DNA from: a virus
Taxonomy: Duplodnaviria > Caudoviricetes
Reading direction: 5' to 3' (one strand)
DNA: 52,784 nt
IMG/VR virus record: IMGVR_UViG_3300044960_000379
Coordinates: 1 to 52,784 of that record
A program made the position numbers and the translations under genes. Below the pieces are notes generated by a model. That model was not told where the DNA came from, ran no database searches, and saw only the letters and a list, made by a program, of their open reading frames with translations. Position 1 is the stretch's first letter. Every line of letters begins with the position of its first letter. This document shows positions 45,740 through 52,784 of the stretch, in pieces.

Positions 45740-46688
45740 TGACGCCGGACGCTATATTTGCATGGCGTTCGAAGGTTTCGCGCCGAAGCCCTATATCTGC
45801 CCCGCCGGCGTCCGCACGCAGGGTTTCGGCCACACGGCGGCCGCCGGGCCGACGACGCCTCCCATGGGCGAGGACTGGACGGTTGCCGACGGCGTCGCGA
45901 TCTTTGCCCGCACGTTCGACTCCTACGCGGCCCGGGCAGCGACCCAGCTTGGCCCGCAGGCCATGTCCCGCCTCACCGACAACCAGTTCTCGGCGCTGGC
46001 GAGCTTCGTCTACAACACCGGATCGCTCTATCTGAAGTCCGGCCACCCGACCGGAATCCTCCGCGCGGTTCGCGAGGGACGGTTTTCGGATGTTCCCGCC
46101 GAACTGCGCCGCTGGACGCGCGCTGGCGGGCAGACGCTGCCCGGGCTGGTCCGGCGGCGCGAGGCCGAGGCGGCCCTGTGGTCCAACGATCCGAAGACCG
46201 CCATCCGGCTGGCTGGACCGATCCCTCTCGTCGACGCGCGCGGGCGGGTTGCCGGCACCGTGCGGCTTCCGTCCGTGACGGGTGTTCCCAACCTCACGCC
46301 GTTCGACGGCACGCCGCGTTCCGGCGAGCAGGTTGCCCCCACCGCCACGCCTCCGACCGCCTCCGCCGAGGAGGTGGACAGCGCCGCCCGCGATTCGGTT
46401 CAGCGCAACCGTGGCAAGTTCGCCGGCGCGGCCTCCGCCGGCGGCGCGGCCCCGGCGGCCACCATGGCGACCACCAGCGACTGGCTGCTTGTCGGCGTCG
46501 TTGCTATCGTCGTCCTCGGCCTGCTGATCGGGGCGCTGGTCTGGTGGTTCGCCGGGGTGAGGCAGGACGCCGACCTGCACGCCGCCACCGGCACGCCGCA
46601 GGGACAGCCGCTGCCCGAGCCCGAGGCAGACCCCTACGCCCCCGGCGGCCCCGCCGACCCGGCGCGCGTCGCGGACAACTTCGTGTGA
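45714..46688 (+). CDS. Endolysin, GH24 (T4-type) lysozyme with a C-terminal transmembrane segment
   Basis: FEG...PYICPAGV.T.GFGHT, NQFSALASFVYNTG, LPGLVRRREAEAALW; hydrophobic WLLVGVVAIVVLGLLIGALVWWF. Start codon uncertain. Confidence 0.88.
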   Translation: MAPTTPRVNDAGRYICMAFEGFAPKPYICPAGVRTQGFGHTAAAGPTTPPMGEDWTVADGVAIFARTFDSYAARAATQLGPQAMSRLTDNQFSALASFVYNTGSLYLKSGHPTGILRAVREGRFSDVPAELRRWTRAGGQTLPGLVRRREAEAALWSNDPKTAIRLAGPIPLVDARGRVAGTVRLPSVTGVPNLTPFDGTPRSGEQVAPTATPPTASAEEVDSAARDSVQRNRGKFAGAASAGGAAPAATMATTSDWLLVGVVAIVVLGLLIGALVWWFAGVRQDADLHAATGTPQGQPLPEPEADPYAPGGPADPARVADNFV

Positions 46689-46691
46689 ACC

Positions 46692-47138
46692 ATGGGCGCG
46701 CCGGCGAGATTTGCGACCGCTGCGCTCATGGTCCTCGCCGTCGTCGTGCCGGCCGCTGTCCTGGCCTTGTTCCTCTCCTTGCTCTGGCACGCCGCGTTCA
46801 ACCTCGGCAAGGCCGAAGGCTACGCGGACGGGTCGCGGTCCGGGTTCGCGGCGGGGTTCCTGACCGGCAGGGACAGTTGTCGCCGCGCGCCGCCAGAAGA
46901 CGGGAGCCTGCACATGCACAAGGCCATTGCCATCGTCGTCGCGGCCACCTTCGCCGCTGCCGCCGTCGACACGCTCCGCGCGCCCTCCGCGCCCTCCGCG
47001 CCTTCCGCGCCCTCCGCGCCCTCCGCGTCCGTCCCGCCGGAGAACTTCGTCTGCGACGACCCGGACTCCCCGGACCTCGACATCGAGGCCCTGCGGGACT
47101 GCCTGCGGCCGCTCGTGCGGTCGGCGCCGCCGGGTTGA
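46692..47138 (+). CDS. Membrane protein in the lysis cassette (spanin/holin-like)
   Basis: N-terminal TM helix, GxxxGY pattern, second hydrophobic stretch, (APS)4 linker and Cys pair. Confidence 0.5.
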   Translation: MGAPARFATAALMVLAVVVPAAVLALFLSLLWHAAFNLGKAEGYADGSRSGFAAGFLTGRDSCRRAPPEDGSLHMHKAIAIVVAATFAAAAVDTLRAPSAPSAPSAPSAPSASVPPENFVCDDPDSPDLDIEALRDCLRPLVRSAPPG

Positions 47139-47162
47139 CGCGCTGACCTGCGGGTCTATCTT
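47135..47162 (+). promoter_or_regulatory. Candidate promoter for the packaging operon
   Basis: TTGACG-N16-TATCTT upstream of a GAGGA RBS. Confidence 0.5.
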
Positions 47163-47180
47163 CGGGGCACGAGGACAGCC

Positions 47181-47945
47181 ATGGCTGCTGCGGCTGCACA
47201 AGACCTGAACGACACCACGTCCGGCGCGGTGCTTGCCGCCGACGAGGAGGCGGCGCGTCTCGCGCGCCTCGGGCTGACCGAGCGGCCGGTGCTATCGGCC
47301 GACAAGGCCGCCGCCGGGCGCAAGGCATACGGCGTCGTCTCCGACCGCCTGACGGGCAGGACGAGGCAGGAGCGGCCGCGCGAATGGTGGCTGGACTGGC
47401 TGGATGCCGTTGGCGTCGACGCCGTGCTTGAGAAGATCGCCTCCGGGATGCTGCCGGTGGAGATTGCCTTCTGCAACGACGTGCCGCTCATGGTCATGAA
47501 CGAGTGGCTGCGCACCCGCGTGCCGCCGGACAGGCTGTCGGAGGCATGGGCCGTTCACGCCGAGGTGCTGCTGCTGCGCGCCCAGCTGGGGATCACGCAG
47601 GACGCCGACAGCCCGGGCGAGGCGCAGCTCATCAAGGCCGAGTGTGACCGCTTCGCGTGGATGGCCGAGCGGCTGGACAGCCGGCGCTGGGGCCCGCCGG
47701 GCAAGTCGGCGGAGAAGCCCCCGCTCGTCGCCATCGAGCTGAACATCTCCGGAGCCGCGCAGGGCAGGCAGGTGTTCCAGACCATCGACGCCGCGCCGGT
47801 CGCGCCCCACGCTGGCGCGCCGACCGATGCGCTCGACCTGCTGGCGGCGCCGGCGGCCGCTCCGACGATGGGCGACCTCGACGAAGCCTTCAGGGTCATC
47901 TTCGGCACGGACCCGCAGCCACGCACGCGGCTGGTGCCGGCATGA
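47181..47945 (+). CDS. Putative terminase small subunit
   Basis: Precedes TerL; VLEKIASG HTH-like segment and WMAERLD...WG motif. Confidence 0.7.
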   Translation: MAAAAAQDLNDTTSGAVLAADEEAARLARLGLTERPVLSADKAAAGRKAYGVVSDRLTGRTRQERPREWWLDWLDAVGVDAVLEKIASGMLPVEIAFCNDVPLMVMNEWLRTRVPPDRLSEAWAVHAEVLLLRAQLGITQDADSPGEAQLIKAECDRFAWMAERLDSRRWGPPGKSAEKPPLVAIELNISGAAQGRQVFQTIDAAPVAPHAGAPTDALDLLAAPAAAPTMGDLDEAFRVIFGTDPQPRTRLVPA

Positions 47946-49369
47946 GCGACGGTCAGGACAAGCTCACCTACACGCCGACCCCCACCTTCGCCGCCTTCCA
48001 CGCGGACGACAGCCTCGTGCGCGCCGTCATGGGGCCGTTCGCGTCGGGCAAGTCGACGGGCATGGTGATGGAGCTGCTGATTCGCGCCATGCAGCAGAAG
48101 GCCCACGGCGGCGTGCGCTACAGCCGGGCGCTCGTCGTGCGCAACACTTACGCCGAGCTGAAGTCGACGACGATCCGCACCTTCCTGCAGTGGCTCGGGC
48201 CGCTGGGGGAGATCGCCTACGACAGCCCCATACGGTTCAAGTCCGTGCGCTCCCTGCGCGACGGCACGGTGATGGACTTCGAGGTGTGGTTCCTGCCGCT
48301 GGACCGCGAGGACGACGTCAAGAAGCTCCGCTCGCTGGAGGTGACCTTCGCGTGGATCAACGAGGCGTCGGAGGTGCCGGGCAACGTGCTCGACCAGCTG
48401 CGCGGCCGCATCGGGCGCTACCCGCCGCCGACGCTCGGCGGCCCGTCGTGGCGCGGCATCATCATGGACACCAACCCGCCGCCAGTGCGCAGCTGGTTCT
48501 ACGACCTGTTCGAGGTGCGCAAGCCGGAGAATCACAAGCTGTTCCGCCAGCCGCCGGCGCTGCTCGACGGCCCGGAGCCGGGCACCTTCGTGCCCAACCC
48601 GGAGGCGGAGAACATCCGCCCGGAGCTGGGGGGCTACCAGTATTACTTCAACCAGGTCGCTGGCGCGGACGAAAGCTTCATCAAGGTCTTCGTTCAGGGC
48701 CAGTATGGGCAGATTTTCGACGGCCGGCCGGTCTATTCGCGCTTCGACGACCGCATCCACGTCTCGAAGGAGCCGCTGCAGCCCAACCCGCTGGCTCCGC
48801 TGGAGATCGGCATGGACTTCGGCCTCAACCCGGCGGCCGTGTTCACGCAGCTGTCCCCGCGCGGCGGGCTCTACGCCCTCGACGAGATCGCCCCCGCCAA
48901 CGTCACCTTCGAGGAGTTCGTGACGGAGATGCTGGCGCCGAAGCTGCGGGAGCGGTTCAGGGGCATCCCCGTGCAGGTCTACGGCGATCCGGCGGGGGCC
49001 AGCCGCAATTCCCTGTCGAGCAAGACCGTCTACGAGATTCTGCGCGAGCGTGGCATCGCCGCCGTGCCGGCGCGGACCAACGACCTGCTGCTGCGGCGCG
49101 ACGCCGTGACCTACTTCCTTGAGCGTCAGAATGGCTTCCTGCTCGACCCGCGCTGCCGCATTCTGAGGGAGGGCTTCCTCGGCGGCTACAGGTTCGCCAA
49201 GCAGTCCGGCAGGCAGACGTCGGACCCGAAGCCCGAGAAGAACGAGTTCAGCCACATCCACGACGCGCTGCAATACGTGGCGCTCAACTACTACCAGACG
49301 GCCATGTCGGCGCGGCGGCGCCCGCTGCCCGGCGTTTCTGGTCCGCAACGACGCTTCCGGTATGCCTGA
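47942..49369 (+). CDS. terL: Terminase large subunit
   Basis: MGPFASGKS, VVRNTYAELKSTT, INEASE, MDTNPP; nuclease motifs GMDFG, GDPAG, SHIHDALQY. Confidence 0.93.
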   Translation: MSDGQDKLTYTPTPTFAAFHADDSLVRAVMGPFASGKSTGMVMELLIRAMQQKAHGGVRYSRALVVRNTYAELKSTTIRTFLQWLGPLGEIAYDSPIRFKSVRSLRDGTVMDFEVWFLPLDREDDVKKLRSLEVTFAWINEASEVPGNVLDQLRGRIGRYPPPTLGGPSWRGIIMDTNPPPVRSWFYDLFEVRKPENHKLFRQPPALLDGPEPGTFVPNPEAENIRPELGGYQYYFNQVAGADESFIKVFVQGQYGQIFDGRPVYSRFDDRIHVSKEPLQPNPLAPLEIGMDFGLNPAAVFTQLSPRGGLYALDEIAPANVTFEEFVTEMLAPKLRERFRGIPVQVYGDPAGASRNSLSSKTVYEILRERGIAAVPARTNDLLLRRDAVTYFLERQNGFLLDPRCRILREGFLGGYRFAKQSGRQTSDPKPEKNEFSHIHDALQYVALNYYQTAMSARRRPLPGVSGPQRRFRYA

Positions 49370-49389
49370 TAACGTGGTATTCGTCGGAC

Positions 49390-51420
49390 ATGGCCATGAC
49401 CAATCCGTTTGCGCAGAAATTGGTCGACGCGCTTCGAGGCGCGGCGCTGGCCTACGAGCAGCCTGATCTGCTGTCCGGCCTCGCCCGGCACGTGCGCGAA
49501 GCCTTCACCGCCGCCGACATGCACCGTCGCTCGTCGGGTGTCGAGCGTGACCTCATGCGCTGCCTGCGCGCGGTCAACAACGTCTACGACCCCGAGGACA
49601 TGGAGGTGCTGAACGGGGTCGACATCTACATCGGCTTGACCAACCTCAAGGTGCGCGGTGCCAAGGCGTGGATCACCGACATTCTGGCCAACACCGAGGA
49701 CCAGCCGTGGACGATCAAGGCGACGCCCAAGCCGGAGCTGCCGGAGGAGGCCACGGAGGCGGTCCGCCAGAAGCTCGCCGATGAGATCGCTCGCTACGGC
49801 ATGACGTTCAACCTGCAGGACCGCGCCTCGCACCTGCTCGCCGTGGCGCAGAAGCACACCGACGCGGTCGCCGCCGCGTCCGCCGAGCGGATGGAGGCCA
49901 TCATCCGGGACCGCATGGTCGAGGCAGGCTGGCGCACCACCTTTGACCAGTTCGTCAACGACCTCGTGACCTACCCCACTGCCATCCTGCGCGGGCCTGT
50001 CGCGTCGGTCGAGTCCGACCTTCAGTGGCGGGGCAACACCCTCGTCCCGGTCCGCCGGACGGTCTACCGCATGGTCCGCGTCGACCCGTTCCGCTTCTAC
50101 CCCAGCCCCAATTCGACCTGCCCGAACAGCGGGGCCTACGTCATCGAGCGGGTCGACATGTCGGCGGACGAGCTGGCGGGGTGCATGGACCTGCCGTTCT
50201 TCGACGAGGTGGCCATCAGGAAGGTCTTTGCGCAGTTTCCCAACGGGAAGTCGGAGCATTTGTCCGCGCAGACGGCGGTCGATGACGCCAACAAGACCAA
50301 GGCAGATACCCATGCGCCCTCCGACGGCGTTTACCAGGTGCTCGTCTACTACGGCAAGGTGAAGGGCGACCTACTGCTCGACCATCACGTCGCCGGCGTC
50401 GACCCGCAGCGGGTCTACGAGGCGGAGGTGTGGACCTGCGGCGACATCGTGATTCGCGCCCTGCTGAACCCGCATCCGCTCGGCAAGCGGCCCTTCTTCG
50501 CCTGCTCGTTCGAGGTGATCCCCGGGGCGTTCTGGGGCAAGGCGCTGCCGCTGCTGCTCCGCGACGTGCAGCGGCTGGCCAACGCGGCGGCACGGTCGCT
50601 GGTGCGCAACATGAGCTATTCCGCCGGCCCCATCGGCGAAGTCGACTACGAGCGCCTGTCCGAAAGCGAGACGAACGTCGAGGAAGTGACGCCCTACCGC
50701 ATCTACCGGGTCGCGGCGGACAGGTTCAGTTCGACGCCCAGCCCGGCGTTCCGGTTCCAGATTGTCCCCAGTGTCGCCGACCAGCTTCTGCGTATCTACG
50801 AGTATTACGCCAAGATGGCAGACGACATCTCGGGTATTCCGGCCTACGTGCTCGGCAACCCGCAGGTGGCCGGCGCCGGCCGCACGCTGGGTGGCCTCTC
50901 GCTTCTCATGGGCAACGCGGCGAAAGGCGTCAAGAACGTCATCTCGTCGGTCGACAAGTATATCATCGAGCCGGTGGTGAGGGCCTACTGGACGCTTGAG
51001 ATGCTTTACGGCTCGGATCATTCCGCCAAGGGTGATTCGCAGGTCGTGGCGCGCGGGGCGTCCGGTCTTCTGCAGCGCGAGCTGTCGCAGGCGCGCGCCG
51101 TCGAGGTGCTGAACATGCTCACCCCCTACGCGCAGGCTGGCCTCGTCCCGGCGGCCGGGCTGCAGGTGGTCATCCGCAACGTGCTGCAGTCGCTCGGCTT
51201 CAGCGCCGACGAGATTGTCCCCGATCCGGCGCGGCAGGCGCAGCTCGCCATGGCCGGCGGGCAGCGCCCGCCGATGCCGACGGGCATGGCGGCCGGGTCG
51301 CCGGTGCCCTCGACGCAGCCGGGCACGCCGATGCCGCGCCTCGACCGTCGTTCCGCCCCTCCGCCGGACCCCGGCGCCTACCGTCTGCCGCCGGCGGCGG
51401 CTGAACCGCAAGGAGGATGA
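49390..51420 (+). CDS. Portal protein
   Basis: 676 aa after TerL; VDPFRFYPSP, GAFWG..LP, ADDISGIP.Y..G...GAGRTLGGLS.LMGNA. Confidence 0.85.
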   Translation: MAMTNPFAQKLVDALRGAALAYEQPDLLSGLARHVREAFTAADMHRRSSGVERDLMRCLRAVNNVYDPEDMEVLNGVDIYIGLTNLKVRGAKAWITDILANTEDQPWTIKATPKPELPEEATEAVRQKLADEIARYGMTFNLQDRASHLLAVAQKHTDAVAAASAERMEAIIRDRMVEAGWRTTFDQFVNDLVTYPTAILRGPVASVESDLQWRGNTLVPVRRTVYRMVRVDPFRFYPSPNSTCPNSGAYVIERVDMSADELAGCMDLPFFDEVAIRKVFAQFPNGKSEHLSAQTAVDDANKTKADTHAPSDGVYQVLVYYGKVKGDLLLDHHVAGVDPQRVYEAEVWTCGDIVIRALLNPHPLGKRPFFACSFEVIPGAFWGKALPLLLRDVQRLANAAARSLVRNMSYSAGPIGEVDYERLSESETNVEEVTPYRIYRVAADRFSSTPSPAFRFQIVPSVADQLLRIYEYYAKMADDISGIPAYVLGNPQVAGAGRTLGGLSLLMGNAAKGVKNVISSVDKYIIEPVVRAYWTLEMLYGSDHSAKGDSQVVARGASGLLQRELSQARAVEVLNMLTPYAQAGLVPAAGLQVVIRNVLQSLGFSADEIVPDPARQAQLAMAGGQRPPMPTGMAAGSPVPSTQPGTPMPRLDRRSAPPPDPGAYRLPPAAAEPQGG

Positions 51421-51719
51421 AGATGCCCCACCTCATGGACGGGGAGCCGGTGCTCATCAACGATCAGGTGCATGACACCGCGCTCGGCAACGGGCGGGTG
51501 GTCGAGCTTCTGCTTGACAACCGCTTCGTCGTGCAGTTCTATCCGACCCAGCGCAGGGTCACTTATCGGACGAATGGTGTGGCGGCCAACAGGCAGCATC
51601 GGTCGCTTTACTGGCACGACCCGGTTCTGGTCATTCCGGCCAAGGCCGAGCCGCGCTGGCTGCTGATTCGGCGCATGTGCATGGGTATCGTGACGGAAAT
51701 GCGAGGCTTCTCGTCGTGA
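51417..51719 (+). CDS. Hypothetical protein
   Basis: AGGAGG RBS; ATGA overlap. Confidence 0.7.
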   Translation: MKMPHLMDGEPVLINDQVHDTALGNGRVVELLLDNRFVVQFYPTQRRVTYRTNGVAANRQHRSLYWHDPVLVIPAKAEPRWLLIRRMCMGIVTEMRGFSS

Positions 51720-52120
51720 ATGTCACCACCGCCCGCCATTTCGACGTAGGCACCGCCGGCTACAATCCGGCGGGCGAGAAGACGTGGCACGGGCGGCCGT
51801 TCTGGCGCCGCGACGGCGAAGTCCTCTGTTCCAGCCACACCATCGACGTGTGGGACAGCCCGGTCGTGATCCGGGCCTTCGGCTTGCCGTGCGATTCGCG
51901 CATCGTCGTCCAGATGGTGGCCGGCTGCAACGAGGGCAGCGTCTATCAAGACCTCTACCTCTGTGGTAGACTCATCAGCCTGACACCAACCAACAATCTC
52001 GTTGTTCTCCCGGTCGACGGCCGCTACCGCCTTCGGCTTATGGGAGCCGACCCCGACGAGGTTTACGTGGTGCAGCACCGCACCGGCATTCACTTCGACT
52101 TCGGGAGTCTTTTGCGATGA
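51716..52120 (+). CDS. Hypothetical (probable virion) protein
   Basis: GTGA and ATGA overlaps; beta-rich. Confidence 0.65.
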   Translation: MNVTTARHFDVGTAGYNPAGEKTWHGRPFWRRDGEVLCSSHTIDVWDSPVVIRAFGLPCDSRIVVQMVAGCNEGSVYQDLYLCGRLISLTPTNNLVVLPVDGRYRLRLMGADPDEVYVVQHRTGIHFDFGSLLR

Positions 52121-52784
52121 GCTGCAATCCCTGCGACCCGTGCTATCAGGGCCATGTTCCGGCCACGCTTTCGTCGCCGCTGCAGACGATTGCGGTGGAT
52201 CGGTCGGGTGTTGACCTGCAGACCTTCACCATCGACATCAACCCGGCGAACACCGCTCAGGCGCTGGCGCAGAGCCCCGCCGCAACCGCCACGTTGTGCG
52301 CTGCGCTGAGCAACTGCCTTAATCTGACGGTCGAGCTTCCTCTGGTTGGCGAAGGCACTCCGTCTGACCCGCTGCGGCTTCTCCCTCTTGGGACGGTCAA
52401 CCTCATCATCTCGCATCCGCCGGCCATGACGCTGCTGTGCGACGCCATTCGGTCGTGCGTCGGATCGCTGAGCATCGACGACATCATCAACTACGGCACC
52501 GACCCCGCAGGTTTCCCGATGGTCGTGGTCGTGAACCCCGACACCATCGGCATTCGCCGCCTTGTCGCCGGTCCCGGCATCGTGATTGTCCAGCAGCCGG
52601 ACGGCTCGTTGCGCATCGAGGCCAACTACGCCGAAATCTGCGCCGGGTTGACCTCGATCAACTGCGCCGTTGGCGGCGGAGGCGTCGGCTCGGTCGGCTC
52701 GGTCGGCACGGTCGGCACGGTCGGTGTCGGCACGGTCGGTGTCGGCACGGTCGGTGTCGGCACGGTCGGTGTCGGCACGGTCGG
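52117..52784 (+). CDS. Putative fibre protein, 3' partial (not in the ORF track)
   Basis: Hand translation: MSCNPCDPCY...PLVGEGTPSDPL...LVAGPGIVI...GGGGVGSVGSVGT(VGVGT)n, open to the window end. Confidence 0.7.
   Translation, partial: MSCNPCDPCYQGHVPATLSSPLQTIAVDRSGVDLQTFTIDINPANTAQALAQSPAATATLCAALSNCLNLTVELPLVGEGTPSDPLRLLPLGTVNLIISHPPAMTLLCDAIRSCVGSLSIDDIINYGTDPAGFPMVVVVNPDTIGIRRLVAGPGIVIVQQPDGSLRIEANYAEICAGLTSINCAVGGGGVGSVGSVGTVGTVGVGTVGVGTVGVGTVGVGTV

Overview
The window is a near-complete genome of a GC-rich (about 70% by eye) podovirus-like dsDNA phage. It is cut at both ends inside the late region, and the right end breaks in a (VGVGT)n repeat. The + strand carries lysis, packaging and virion genes: endolysin, terminase, portal (45.4-52.8 kb), then scaffold, major capsid, head-tail and tail proteins and ejection proteins, including a lambda-R-type transglycosylase and a 2249-aa protein (1-20.8 kb). 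The - strand (20.7-44.7 kb) carries early and replication genes: primase-helicase, SSB, SNF2 helicase, VRR-NUC, Cas4-like exonuclease, PolA, two DNA methyltransferases, two HNH proteins and a MoxR-AAA/vWA/DUF3150-like module. These are driven by near-consensus sigma70 promoters. I saw no integrase, RNA polymerase, reverse transcriptase, tRNA or CRISPR array. The most unusual items are: (1) a tandem array of five translationally coupled paralogues, each with a conserved head and 15-35 variable Cys-x-x triplets, directly upstream of the MoxR/vWA operon; (2) about 21 dispersed GACTC-N3-5-GAGTC palindromes (paired GANTC sites); (3) five exact copies of GGAACCATAAACA; (4) a C5 methyltransferase with a second subunit apparently nested in an alternative frame; (5) a structured non-coding element at 43.56-43.70 kb and a candidate anti-Shine-Dalgarno small RNA at 45.27-45.35 kb. 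All family calls come from motif recognition by eye, with no database search.
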